Source: Eledone cirrhosa
Lineage: Eukaryota
Length of the DNA stretch: 64,000 bases
Assembly: GCA_964016885.1 (NCBI GenBank)
Contig: OZ024740.1
Coordinates: 230,578,001-230,642,000, forward strand
Reading direction: 5' to 3'
Positions 12,930-25,811 of this stretch are shown here, in pieces. A model generated the notes under the pieces. The model did not search any database. It was not told the origin of the DNA and saw nothing but the letters and a program-made list of their open reading frames with translations. How positions within the stretch are numbered: position 1 is the stretch's first letter; the number at the start of each line of letters is the position of its first letter. The position numbers and the translations under genes are program-made.

Positions 12930-13144
12930 TTAACCCTTTAGCATTTAAACCGGCCATATCCGGCCAGAATTCTCTCACCTCTTTCTGTTCAAACCAACTG
13001 TAATTGGCCATTCATAGTGATGTTAAGGTATTGTTCTCAACCTAAATAATATCAAAATCTCATAGATTCAATATTATGTGAGGTAAAGCCGTTACCATGA
13101 AAATATAATAGAATATATAGAGTAATGTAAATGCTAAAGGTTAA
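12930..13144. mobile_element. TTAA-flanked (piggyBac-type) MITE
   Basis: TTAA-CCCTTTAGCATTT...AAATGCTAAAGG-TTAA. A reversed copy lies at 61678-61893. Confidence 0.8.
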
Positions 13145-13651
13145 CATTAACCCGTTCATGACCATATTTCTAGTCAAATACACTCTATTTTAATTAATTA
13201 ATGAAGAATTTTGAGGGATTTCATGACAAAGATAATACATATGATTCTTATATAAAATGATGTTAGAAGATTTCAATTTAAATAGTAACCCTTTAAGAGA
13301 TTTCGAAGTGGGTGTCTTATGGATGGTCAAAGCCCTGTGAGTGAATTTGATAGACAGAAACTATAAAGAAGGTTATACTGTGTGTGTCATCACTGTGAAT
13401 GTCTTCATAGCAACACCGTTTAAAGAGAAAGTGATGCCACTTGTTTTTATGCCTCCCTGTCCTCCATAAAGACATCCATTATACTAAATGTCAGTCGTAT
13501 ATACCATACTTAAAATAAAAGTATTGGTTGGCATCAGGAAGAGCATCCGGCTACAGAAAAACTACCTCAAAAAAGACTTGTCCAACCCATGCCAGCATGA
13601 AAAAAAAATGACATGAAAATTATGAAAAATACAAGGATTTAATCAACTTAC

Positions 13652-13846
13652 CTGGTATGCAATATTATGTATTGTTAAGATCTGGCATGCAACTGATTCG
13701 TAAGTAACTATAGTGTGTAAATAAGCTCTGGTATATTTACTACAGGTACTACATGTACAGTTTTCATCAATTGGACGGAAATCCCTGGCAAACCTCTTAT
13801 TCTTCAAATTTAACTGGCCAGTTGATACAAGTGCATAGCCAAAACG
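13652..13846 (-). CDS. QTRT1: QTRT1 coding exon 8 (RFGYALV...CTCSTC...IHNIAYQ), zinc site
   Basis: 195 bp, CxCxxC...HN zinc ligands, CAG|gtaagt donor. Confidence 0.96.
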
Positions 13847-14786
13847 CTAAAAATACAAGAACCATAGAGAAAATTATATTCTATAACAAGAAATTTATGA
13901 AAACAGTAGGAATACGTGGTATATGTATGTGTGACTTTAGCATGGATATCATTTCTAGTTTGATTTCAGTTCACTGTGTTCTGAGTTCAAATCCTGCTGA
14001 GGCCAGAAGTACTAATCCAGAGGCAGTGAACTGGTGGAATTGTTAAAGAGTTAAACAAGATGCTTTTCTAGCTTTGTGTGTTCTTAGTTCAAATCCTGCT
14101 TCCCTCTACCAGGAGTTGCAACTGGCAAATATATTCCCAACATTCTCACTATGAAAGATCCTGATTATTTAAATGAATCTCCCTACAAACCCTAAGCTTT
14201 AGAAACGTCTCTCTCCTTGATGTTTGCAAACCATAGGTTGGGAACCACCGCTCTTAGAACTCACATGTTCTATAGCACATACAAATTATTGCTGATGTAT
14301 CATTATCATCATCATCAACATCCATTTTCCATGCTGGCATGGATTGGACAGGTCATTGCAAACCAAGTCAGTACTTAATCAGAACTACTGTCCTCCCAGA
14401 CATGCTGGGAGCCACCTCGCTTACATGTTTCAGTTTTAGCTCGGCTACTGTGGCTGAGTGCCCTTCCTAACACCAACCACTTTACAAGTCCATTTTCTGG
14501 TGGTGCTTGTACTAAAGAGGTTGTCATGTCTTTAACACAATTGAAGAGTCATCTAAACCCTTTGTTTGGCATGATTACCATGGCTAGATAAAACTTTTTT
14601 GACAAAAGCTCATTTTAAAAAAAAAAATTTTAAGGCTTACACCAAAAAGTATAGCAGCATCCATGACATTTTCTAACAATGTGAAACTGGTGTAGAGAGG
14701 AAAAATATGACGTAGGTTATCCTCATACAAGAAAACTAATCTGAATGTTTGCAATATTGGCAGAAGAGGGTGAAAGATTAACTTAC

Positions 14787-14862
14787 TGCTGTCCTTGTAG
14801 GAAAAACACAATCAAACATATCACATCCAAGTGCAGAACATACCACTAAATCTTCAGCAAAC
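14787..14862 (-). CDS. QTRT1: QTRT1 coding exon 7 ([25 protein letters not shown])
   Basis: 76 bp, catalytic DMFDCVxPTR motif, gtaagt donor. Confidence 0.97.
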
Positions 14863-15052
14863 CTAAGGAAAGATATACTTTATTATTACAACTTTAATAT
14901 TAATAAGTGTACAAGGCATGGCTGTGTACGTAAGTAGATCACTTCACCATCATGTGGTTTCAGACATGGTCCTTCTGTGTGGCACCATACACAAGTGTCT
15001 TCTACAATCTTGTCTTGATACAAATCCCTGTGCGAGTGAAATTTCATATATG

Positions 15053-15087
<35 letters not shown>

Positions 15088-15100
15088 ATATATTTATATA

Positions 15101-15535
15101 TATCATCATCATCATCGTCGTTTAACGTCTATCTTCCATGCTAGCATGGGTTTAGACGGGAATTGTCCCACGTGAGGCAAGATTGGTTGTCTTGCTCGTA
15201 TAGGACTGTCTGGCGGGTTTTCTACGGCTGGATGCCCTTCCTAACACCAACCACGTTTACAGTGTGGACTGGGAGGTTTTTACCGTGTTCCCTACACGGC
15301 CACATTACAGCGTGGACTGTCTGTTTTTTGTCGTGACACCTACACAGCCTCATTTATTTAGGACTGGATGTTGTGGCATCAACATAACTTTAGGTGCAGA
15401 TGGGGTTGGGGGTGTATTTTTGGTTAGGAGGAGCCTACTGACTGTAGGTTTTGCTTTGTACTTAGGCAAGGTGTGTCTTCTGTATTACTGCGTAGCGCCA
15501 AAGATCTCGGTCCAGTGACATTGTCTTAGAGAGGT
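15101..15535 (-). mobile_element. RTE LINE 3' end fragment
   Basis: Inverted match to 16118-16560, with (ATG)n tail. Confidence 0.85.
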
Positions 15536-15536
15536 G

Positions 15537-15577
<41 letters not shown>

Positions 15578-15578
<1 letters not shown>

Positions 15579-16578
15579 CAGAATACTAGCTCTTTCCATT
15601 GCACAGATGGTTCTATAGAAATAGTGGACAGCTTCCGTTACCTGGGCGATAAAATCAGCAGTGGGGGAGGGTGCTCTGAAAGTACAGTAGCCAGAGTCAG
15701 AACTGGATGGAAAAAGTTCAGAGAGCTTATACCACTATTAGCCGCTAAAGGGTTCTCCCTAAAAATGAAAGGCAGGCTGTATGATGCCTGCATACGAACA
15801 GCAATGTTACATGGCAGTGAGACCTGGGCATTGTGTGCAGAGGATATACGCAGACTAGAGAGAAACGAAGCTTGCATGCTCTGCTGGATGTGTAATAGTA
15901 ATATACGTGAACGGCAAAGCATAAACGAACTAAGGGAAAAATTAGAAATAAGAGGGATCAGAGAAGGCTACGTTAGTATGGTCACGTGATGCGCATGAAA
16001 GACGACAGCTGTATAACAAAGTGCAGGGCAATAAAAATAGACGGTAGCCACGGAGTAGGCAGACCCAGAAAAACCTGGGACGACTTGAAAAATTCCGACC
16101 TCACACACTAACACCTCTCCAAGACAATGTCACTGGACCGAGATCTTTGGCGCTACACAGTAATAGAGAAGACCCGCTTTACCTAAATACAAAGTAAAAC
16201 CTACTACAGTCAGTAGGCACCTCTAACAAAACATACCCCCGTCCCACTACCCCCACCCCATCCACACCACCCCTTTCAATGTAAAGTTATGTTGGTACCA
16301 ACATCCAGGCCGAAACAAATGAGATCGTGTAGGTGTCACGACAAAAAAACACACAGTCCACGCTGTAATGTGGCCGTGTAGGGAACACGGTAAAAATCTC
16401 CCAGTTCCACACTGTAAATGTGGTTGGTGTTAGGAGGGGCATCCAGCTGTAGAAAACCCGCCAGACAGTTCTATGTGAGCAAGACAACCACTCTTGCCTC
16501 AAGTGGGAAAACTCCCGTCCAAACCCATGCAAGCGTGGAATATAGCCGTTAAACGATGATGATGATGATGATGATGAT
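15578..16578 (+). mobile_element. RTE LINE 3' fragment
   Basis: DSFRYLGD...GSETW peptide. Near-identical inverted match to 18931-20035. (GAT)n tail. Confidence 0.92.
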
Positions 16579-16739
16579 ATATATATATATATATTTTATG
16601 ATATATATTTATATATATATATATATATATAGTTATATATGTGTGCGTGTGTATGTATGTATGCATACGTATGTGTATGTATATATGTGTGTGTAGGTAT
16701 ATATGTGTATGTGTGTATGTATGTATGTGTATACATGTG

Positions 16740-16814
<75 letters not shown>

Positions 16815-16910
16815 GTTAAACAAGGTTCATATGAATTATCTAAGAATGAGTTTTACACACACATATATATGTGTTTGTATTTGTATGTATGTGTTTGTGA
16901 TATGTATATG

Positions 16911-16955
<45 letters not shown>

Positions 16956-17567
16956 ATATATGTATATGTGTGTGTGTATGTATATGTGTATGCGTATGTA
17001 TGTGTTTATGTATTTGTATATGTATATTTATGTGTGAGAGTATGTGTATGTATTTATTTTTACGTATGTATGTGTACGTGCATTTGTGTGTATTGCTTAC
17101 GTGTGTTTGTTCATTTATTTGTCGCCTGTATCGCTGTCAACACTATCATAATCTTTATATTCATTTTTATTATTATATATTTTTTCTTATATTTATTTGT
17201 GTGTTTGAGTATGTAGGTGTGTGTATATATTTCTATATTTGTGCATGCGTATGTATACGTGTATATATGTGTGTATGTATGTGTATGTATGTACGTGTGT
17301 ATATACGTATGATTGTGTGTATGTATGTATGCATGTGTATGTATATGTATGTGTATGTATATGTATATATATGTGTGCGTGTGTATATATGTATGTGTGT
17401 ATGTATGTATATATATGTTTATGTATATATATATATGCATGTATATGTGTGTGTGTGTGTGTGTATGCACGTTTGTGTATTTGTATGTATGTGTATGTAT
17501 GGATATGTTGATATTTATGTGTGTATGTATGTGTATGGATATATATATACACATATATATGTGTGTG

Positions 17568-17606
<39 letters not shown>

Positions 17607-17640
17607 ATGTATATATTTGTGTGTGTGTTTGCATATGTGT
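16578..17640. repeat. Degenerate TA/TG microsatellite tract
   Basis: Read directly from the sequence. Confidence 0.95.
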
Positions 17641-17737
17641 TTTTATTTTTCCTTTCCTTCTTCCTTTTCCAACCTCACTTTCATATAGATTATATTTTTG
17701 TTTTTAAAATCCAACGCCAATAAATACACCAGGATTT

Positions 17738-17798
17738 TTTCATTCTGATGATTGAAAGCCAAATTTTTTTGCTTTTAAGAAACCACTGGTAAATGAAA
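17738..17798 (+). ncRNA. Minimal type-I hammerhead ribozyme
   Basis: TTTCATT-CTGATGA-TTGAAAGC...GCTTTTAA-GAAAC-CACTG-GTA-AATGAAA, with 7-bp stem I and GUA triplet. Confidence 0.85.
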
Positions 17799-17894
17799 TA
17801 ATTGCCTTATGTTGTTTATTACATAACTATTAAGCTCTGTTACCTACATAGAGCACTCTTTTTTCCTGGACTTTTCCGACGGAATTACTTTATT

Positions 17895-17921
<27 letters not shown>

Positions 17922-17928
<7 letters not shown>

Positions 17929-18099
17929 AAGAATGAATAATAACAGGTAGACATCATAAAAAGGTAATTTATTCCGTGTGCATACAAGTGTTTCCACGGT
18001 GTGCATACAAGTGTTTCCACCACCGTGGAAACACTTGTATGCACACGGAATAAATTACCTTTTTATGATGTCTACCTGTTATTATTCATTCTTTATATA
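17922..18099. repeat. Near-perfect fold-back with hammerhead 3' halves
   Basis: About 90-bp arms. GAAAC-ACTT-GTA at 18028-18039 directly beside the axis. Short tandem duplication in the left arm. Confidence 0.8.
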
Positions 18100-18263
18100 C
18101 ACTCCGGAATACTGAAGGATCAGGAACTAAGTTTCTTGAACAGTTCTTCCATAACTCGTAGAGTAACCTCTTACCGTACGTCAACCATATCCAGTGTAGT
18201 AATTAACCATTACTACATCTTGGATAATCCTATACCTAATATATTTATATATATATATTTATA

Positions 18264-18612
18264 ATGGAGGCACATGGCTTAGTGGTTAGAGCATTGGCCT
18301 TGCAATCGAAAGGTTGTGAGTTCAATTCTCAGACTGGGTGATGTGTTGTTTCCTTGAGCAAGACACTTTATTTCACATTGCTCCAGTTTACTCAGCTGTA
18401 GAAATGAGATGATAGGGACTGGGGTCCATATCATTCCACTGCAAAGTGGTCGTGGATGTGCCACGGCAAAAAAAAGCACCCAGCACTCACTGTAAATGAG
18501 GTTGGTGTTAGGAAGGGCATCCAGCTGTAGAAATCAAGCCAGAATCAGTTCCCGTCCCACCCTTGCAAGTAGGAAAAAAGCGGACGTAAAAATGAAATGA
18601 TGATGATGATGA
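18264..18612 (+). mobile_element. SINE family 1
   Basis: Full copy in TA-rich sequence. Confidence 0.85.
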
Positions 18613-18626
18613 TATATATATATATT

Positions 18627-18695
<69 letters not shown>

Positions 18696-18885
18696 ATATT
18701 TATAAATATATATATTTATATATATATAAATTTATAAATTCCTAAATTTATATATTATAATAAATTGAAGTGAAAACAACTGGTGCGTGTGTTTCTTATT
18801 GGCAACATGACCCTCCCAAAGTTTCAACACACGTTTTCAGATAAAGAATCTTGTTAAACAAATTCAGAAACGAAATATATATATT

Positions 18886-18916
<31 letters not shown>

Positions 18917-18930
18917 ATTTATATATATAT

Positions 18931-20999
18931 ATCATCATCATCATCATCGTTTAACGTCCATGTTCCACGCTTGCATGGGTTTGGACGGGAGTTTTCCCAC
19001 TTGAGGCAAGAGTGGTTGTCTTGCTCGCATAGGACTGTCTGGCAGGTTTTCTACAGCTGGATGCCCTTCCTAACACCAACCACATGTACAGTGTGGGGCT
19101 GGGAGGTTTTTACCGTGTTGCCTACACGGCCACATTACAGCGTGGACTGTCTGGCGGGTTTTCTACAGCTGGATGCCCTTCCTAACACCAACCACATTTA
19201 CAGTGTGGGACTGGGAGGTTTTTACCGTGTTGCCTACACGGCCACATTACAGCGTGGACTGTGTGTTTTTTTTGTCGTGACACCTACACAATCTTATTTG
19301 TTTCAGTCTGGATGTTGTGGCACCAACATAACTTTACATTGAAAGGGGCGGGGGTGGTGGGACGGGGGTGTATTTTGTTAGAGATGCCTAGTGACTGTAG
19401 TGGGTTTTACTTTGTATTTAGGTAAGGCGGGTCTTCTCTATTACTGAGTGCCGCCAAAGATCTCGGTCCAGTGACATTGTCTTGGAGAGGTGTAAGTGTG
19501 TGAGGTCGGAGTTTATCAGGTCGTCCCAGGTTTTTCTGGGTCTGCCTACTCCGTGGCTACCGTCTATTTTTATTGCCCTGCACTTTTTTATACAGCTGTC
19601 GTCTTTCATGCGCATCACGTGACCATACCAACGTAGTCTTCTCTCGAGTAAACATCTGATCCCTCTTATTTCTAATTTTTCCCTTAGTTCGTTTATGCTT
19701 TGCCGTTCACGTATATTACTATTACACATCCAGCGGAGCATGCAAGCTTCGTTCCTCTCCAGTCTGCGTATATCCTCTGCACACAATGCCCAGGTCTCAC
19801 TGCCATGTAACATTGCTGTTCGTATGCAGGCATCATACAGCCTGCCTTTCATTTTTAAAGAGAACCCTTTAGCGGCTAATAGTGGTATAAGCTCTCTGAA
19901 CTTTTTCCATCCAGTTCTGACTAGCTACTGTACTTTCAGAGCACCCTCCACCACTGCTAATTTTGTCACCCAAGTAACGGAAGGTGTCCACTATTTCTAT
20001 AGAACCATCTGTGCAATGGAATGAGCTAGTATTCTGTGGGCACTTGCTGCTACTTATTGCACCAGAGCACCGGCCACATATAAAATCTATGTTCTTAGTT
20101 AGCTTACCTGTGATCCCACTACATCTTCTATGGACCATACGTTGCATTTGGGACATAAAATGGAGTTTCTACCTACTCCTTTCCTACACACTGAGCATGG
20201 CCTTTTCCCGGATGGAACCGGTGCCCTATTTTCCTTCCTACAAACTAGAACTTTAGTCTAGGCCATGCTTCCATTTTTGGAATTTCTTCTCTAGTTCAGC
20301 CATTGATTCAGGTATGAGCGTTAGATCATCTGCGTATAGGAGTTCCCATGGGCAGCCGGTCTTGAACTCCACTGTTATAGCCTGAAGGGCAATAATAAAT
20401 AGTAGGGGGCTAAGAACGGAGCCCTGATGAACACCAACTTTTACGCTAAACTCTTCACTATATTCGTTGTTAATTCTAACCTTGCTGACTGTTTCTTTAT
20501 ACATGGCTTGTATAGCTCTCACAAGCCATTCATCAACACCTAGTTTTCTAAGAGCCCACCAGATAATGGAACGGGGGACTCTGTCAAAGGCTTTCTCCAA
20601 TTCGACAAAAGCTAAGTATAGGGGTTTACTTTTATCTAGGTACTTCTCCTGTAGTTGTCGTACAATGAAAAGAGTGTCTGTGGTACTTTTACCTGACACA
20701 AACCCGAACTGCATTTTATCTAGATCAATTCACTCTCTGATTAGTTGCGCTATTTTTTTTTCTGTGACCTTCATGACCTGGTTGATTAATTTAATGCCTC
20801 TATAGTTACCCCTATCTAGGGCATCTCCTTTACCCTTGTAGCAGTTAATGATGATGCTGCTACGCCAGTCCTTCGGAACAACCCCATTCTGTATGACTTG
20901 GTTTACTATCCGGGTGACCATGGTGTGTCCCACCGTTCCAGAAGCTTTCATCATTTCAGCAACTATTTCCGAAGGCCCAGCCGCCTTACCTGTCTTCAT
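18931..20999 (-). mobile_element. Frameshifted, 5'-truncated RTE LINE
   Basis: Four ORF pieces colinear with the 43381 RT, (ATG)n tail, TA flanks. Confidence 0.93.
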
Positions 21000-21109
21000 T
21001 ATATTTATATTTATATATATATGTAAAAGTTCTATTTAAATTGTTGGGATACAACAAGCAAATATTTTTATAACTGATATAAAGCACTCAACAAATATTT
21101 GGAGTAAAA

Positions 21110-21515
21110 ATACGATATTAACAAATGGAAACTATATTTATAAAACCATATTTATTTCATTATACATATTTCAAGGACACCAAGTTAAATTATGGTGTGC
21201 TTTCATCAGATAAAATATAATATAGATCAGTTTTATAAATAAATATTGACATACCCTTAAAAAATGCAACCATTACTGTTGGAAGCTCCCGGATAGTGGA
21301 GTTGTTTAAATATAATTAAACAACTCCACTATCCGGGAGCTTCCAACAGTAATGGTTGCATTTTTTAAGGGTATGTCAATATTTATTTATAAAACTGATC
21401 TATATTATATTTTATCTGATGAAAGCACACCATAATTTAACTTGGTGTCCTTGAAATATGTATAATGAAATAAATATGGTTTTATAAATATAGTTTCCAT
21501 TTGTTAATATCGTAT
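21110..21515. repeat. Essentially perfect 406-bp palindrome (200-bp arms, about 6-nt loop) flanked by AT microsatellite
   Basis: Arms read as reverse complements around 21310-21315, each carrying a hammerhead. Confidence 0.92.
21410..21470 (+). ncRNA. Minimal hammerhead ribozyme (mirror copy on - at about 21155-21215)
   Basis: TTTTAT-CTGATGA-AAG.ACACCA...TGGTGT.CTT-GAAA-T-ATGT-ATA-ATGAAA. Confidence 0.72.
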
Positions 21516-21580
21516 ATTTATATATATATATATTTATATATATTTATATATATTTATATATATATATTTATATATATATT

Positions 21581-21611
<31 letters not shown>

Positions 21612-21774
21612 GTATATATATATACAAAGATATATATATTTATATATATATTTATATATATTTATATATATATATGTATATATATATACAAAGATATATA
21701 TATTTATATATATAAATATATATATTTATATATATATATATATACGAAGATATATATATTTATATATATATTTA

Positions 21775-21816
<42 letters not shown>

Positions 21817-21913
21817 CGAAGATATTAGTTCCGGAGTTATAATAGTGACGAAACATAAGTCAATTGCATAATCCTCATTTACTGCTATATATATTTCTCA
21901 TAATCCTTTATTT

Positions 21914-21969
21914 ACTGCTATATATATTTCGATGATAGCCATTAAGTGGCTATGACCTCATCAGGCAGT
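21914..21969 (-). ncRNA. Minimal type-I hammerhead ribozyme in the 3' pLTR
   Basis: Reverse complement of the 25715-25770 ribozyme. Confidence 0.85.
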
Positions 21970-23270
21970 TAGTCAGTTCTTAGATATGCCAGCTCTGTGT
22001 TTATGGTGTTGATTGTATCAGAGCCTTGGGACATATGAGCTTGTTAGGAATAATTTAATGTTGTCAGCAGGAATAATCTTAATTCTCATTGGTCAGTTTG
22101 TAGATGGTAGTAGGGTTGGTACTTGACCTCAAAGAAGCAGGTGGTGTTGTAAAGTTCAAACCATCAGGCAAGATGACAATAGTTCCATATGACTGATTTT
22201 CACAAAAAACATTCCTGGTCAGATATATATTCAATTGGGGTTTATAGTATGAAATTCGATACTACAGGTCAATCTTAAATTGAGGAATTTATATAGGGTG
22301 GTACTACTGAAAATTAAGGTTAGAGTAGAATACTAGAAAATTTACATATAAAAAGACTAATGTTGGTTGACTTGCACATACATTCACACCCACCCCCACA
22401 GACACACACACACATCCACATATACAAATTGAGGAATTTATGTGAGGTGATAATACTGAAAATTATGGTAAGAGTCAAATACTTAGAGAGTTTAGAAATA
22501 AAAAGACCTATGTTGGTTGACTTGTACATACACTCACACCTACCCCCTCAGACACACACACACATCTACACACACAAATCCATACAGGTGTGTATATATA
22601 TATGTACGCACAAGTGCATATATATATACGACAGATGCCCCCAAATCCAAGTATAGGGCAGACATAAAACTAGGTGGGTGTTATTTTTAAAGAAAAGTAA
22701 AGTGGGTGTTTGGAAAAGTTATTGTTTAGACTAGACAAAGTAGAGTGTGATATATATCTTCACAGCAATAGCTTGGGGGCTTTGGAGTTTAGGCGAATCC
22801 CTTAGTACAGATACACATACCCAGCCACACTTTTATACCTCTGGATGCGCGTGTATGTCTATATTCACATGTGCACTCATACAAGAGAGCATATACAAAC
22901 ATACTCCTAAGCATACACTTGAACATTTTTCAAATGCAACCTGGGGTATTAGTATTTCGTTGCGTTCACATGAGTGTGTACATTCACGTAATCCCAGTAT
23001 ACACACACTATGTACGGTTGCGGGCACTCATTCATGTGTATAGGGTTAGTACCTTGGTATGATTGTTCTTCCTGTGTGGGCCACTCCCGGGAGGGGGGGG
23101 GGGTTCCTCGGGTTCAATAAACGAGGTTTTGTTGCCTCCTAACCAGAAGAGGATTCGGTGGACAATCCACCGTAGGGACCACAAACTATGGTTGGTTGTA
23201 GTCTATTGTTCATTGGTACGGGGGTGTAGGGGACCTACAGGGGGGCGTTGTGGGAGGCCAGAACCGGGGT

Positions 23271-25132
23271 TTATCCATATAGCTTGAGGAAAGTTCCCAT
23301 CCTTAGGTGTCTGCAGGCGCCGAATAAGTCAGCCCTTCTGTTTAATAGCTTGGTTCCGCCATGAAGTATCTCAAGTGTCTCACTAAGACAGAGGTTGCAA
23401 ATACCAGACCCACCTCTGTCTGTGGGAACCTTTCTAACCACGGTCCAGACCAGAGAGTGTTGGGTCTTTTCAAGTTTGAGCTTCCAGATCAATTCAGAAA
23501 GAGCCGTACATTTTCTCTTTTCTATTCTGTTAAAGGAATGGCGATGGTTATGCCACCTATCTTTGAAGCTCGTCGCCGTGGATCCTATGTAGTGGTGCTC
23601 CGAGTTAGGGGTTGTGACCTTGCACCTGTAGACTACGTTTTTCGTCATGCATTCATTACTAAGGAGGCATAGTGATGGGTCTCGGCAATTGCATGACTTC
23701 TTAAGCCCCAGCACATGTACCGCGTGGTTACCATCACTCGGGGTTGGCTGGGTAGCCGCCGCAATCAGCACAGGGTCGTTGGGTTCCAGTGTGCTAGATG
23801 GGCCTGTCCGAGGTCTGGTGTGTCCTGCGTGCTGGTTCTGTTGAGTGGCTCCGGGGTTTACGGTGGTATTAGAGGCAGTGAGCCTATTCCTATTTATGCC
23901 GGCTATGTGCTGGGCTACGGAGCATGTGGTTGAGTAGGAAAGTTTCACTGTGTGCCTGTTGAATATTTTATGGTACTTGTGGGCCCTAGGGAAACATTTA
24001 TCCAGTACTCTAAAGAATGTTCTAGCCAGGCTGGTACGTAGCCCCACCGAGTATGGAGGGTTATACCATGTGACCTTCCTGGTCCTATTCTTGCAGGGTT
24101 GTTGGGTGTCCGCCGTGGTCCATCGTGGGGTTGTGCACAGCTCAGGTCGAGCTCGGTTGGTGTCATTCAGGTGTGCGGAGCGGTCACTATCATGAGGGTT
24201 ATAAGGGCCCACCGTGGGGCTATAGTCCTGCGCAGTGCAGCCTCCCTACTCAATTAGGGTTCGGCGGGTGGTAGGGCCAGTGCAGGGGTGCCTATGCCCC
24301 GTACCGCAGTGGTCTTCAGCATTGTAGGTATTAGACCGGTGGGGTATGCTGGACCCTCTAGTGGGGATGGTGACGGATAGGGGTTTGGGAGTGTTACTAC
24401 TGGTCAGCGAGGTGTTAGGTGGGCAGCCCATGCCCCTGAGGGTATTGGCCCGGGGTACCCTTGGGTCATCTCGATCATGTCTCTTAGGGTTGTAGCTGAT
24501 CCTATGGCTGTGGGACGCCTTAGCTAGCGCTGAGTTATAGTAATCAGCATTACTATTGAAGATCTCTTTATTAGCAGACAAGTTAGAGATCCTGTCAGAG
24601 ACACTCTTAACTACGGCCTTAACTATAGATCTAGGATGATTGGACCCAGCGTTGATATACACCAGCTTCTCATTGGGTTTATGATATGGGTGGTGTAGCT
24701 TGGTGTTGAGGTTGAGGGTGGTGTCCAGGAAATTCACTACTTTTCTATTGGGTTCCATCTCTACTTTAAGTCCTACCTTGCTAAAGAAGTGTCTAATTCT
24801 GCTTTTCATATTTTCAACCATTGTGGTGCTGTGGTCCACTACGGTGAAGAGTGCATCGTCTCGGTACAGCCCGCCACCCAGGTTGGGTATTTCGCTCCTG
24901 ATCTCGTAGAGTATGTATATCCCAATCAAGTCCGTTAGCTGTGCGGAGTCACTGGAGCCCATTGTAATGTCAAAATTATTTGGCCAGTCACTCCGGGTCC
25001 ATATGTCCCCACCGAATCGGATCAGGGTCTTTCTGGCGGCGTGTATGATTCGGACCTCGTCGCGCGTTTGGTCTGTCCTATTCATCGCGAATATGAGTGC
25101 TTTGTTCAGGACTATGGGCGAGATAGAGGAGA
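23271..25132 (-). pseudogene. PLE polyprotein remnant: RT (FDITMGS, GLYRDD, FLD, KP, SNHP), linker (WYNPPYS, KIFNR), CNC-C-C knuckle, GIY-YIG (VVY...YIG, R, H, CNLC-E, LLN)
   Basis: The ORFs 24246-25211 and 23271-24212 share one frame and are separated by a single TAG at 24246-24248. The N-terminus is replaced by the inverted pLTR at 25133. Confidence 0.9.
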
Positions 25133-25714
25133 CTGTAGTATCGAATTTCATACTATAAACTCCAATTGAATATATATCTGACCAGGAATGCTTTTTGTGA
25201 AAATTAGTCATATGGAACCATTGTCATCTTGCCTAATGGTTTGAACTTTACAACACCACCTGCCTCTTTGAGGTCAAATACCAACCCTACTAGCATCTAC
25301 AAACTGACCAATGAGAATTAAGATTATTCCTGCTGACATCATTTCATTTTCATTTTACGTCCGCTTTTTCCCTGCTTGCAAGGGTGGGACAGGAACTGAT
25401 TCTGGCTTGATTTCTACAGCTAGATGCCCTTCCTAACACCAACCTCATTTACAGTGAGTGCTGGGTGATTTTTTTCCGTGGCACCTCCACGAACACTTTG
25501 CAGTGGAATGATAGGGACCCCAGTCCCTATCATCTCATTTCTACAGCTGAGTAAACTGGAGCAATGTGAAATAAAGTGTCTTGCTCAGGGACACAACACA
25601 TTACCTGGTCTGAGAATTGACAACATTAAATTATTCCAAACAAGCTCATATGTCCCAAGGCTCTGATACAATCAACACCATAAACACAGAGCTGGCATAT
25701 CTAAGAACTGACTA

Positions 25715-25770
25715 ACTGCCTGATGAGGTCATAGCCACTTAATGGCTATCATCGAAATATATATAGCAGT
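25715..25770 (+). ncRNA. Minimal type-I hammerhead ribozyme in the inverted PLE pLTR
   Basis: ACTGC-CTGATGA-(stem II ATAGCCA/TGGCTAT)-GAAA-T-ATAT-ATA-GCAGT, with perfect stem I. Confidence 0.85.
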
Positions 25771-25811
25771 AAATAAAGGATTATGAGTTCATGCAATTGA
25801 CTTATGTTTCG

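Noticed and set aside
24246-24248. Programmed readthrough or selenocysteine in the PLE ORF
   Set aside because: The stop is TAG, not TGA, in a low-complexity linker of a truncated copy. A nonsense mutation is the simplest explanation.
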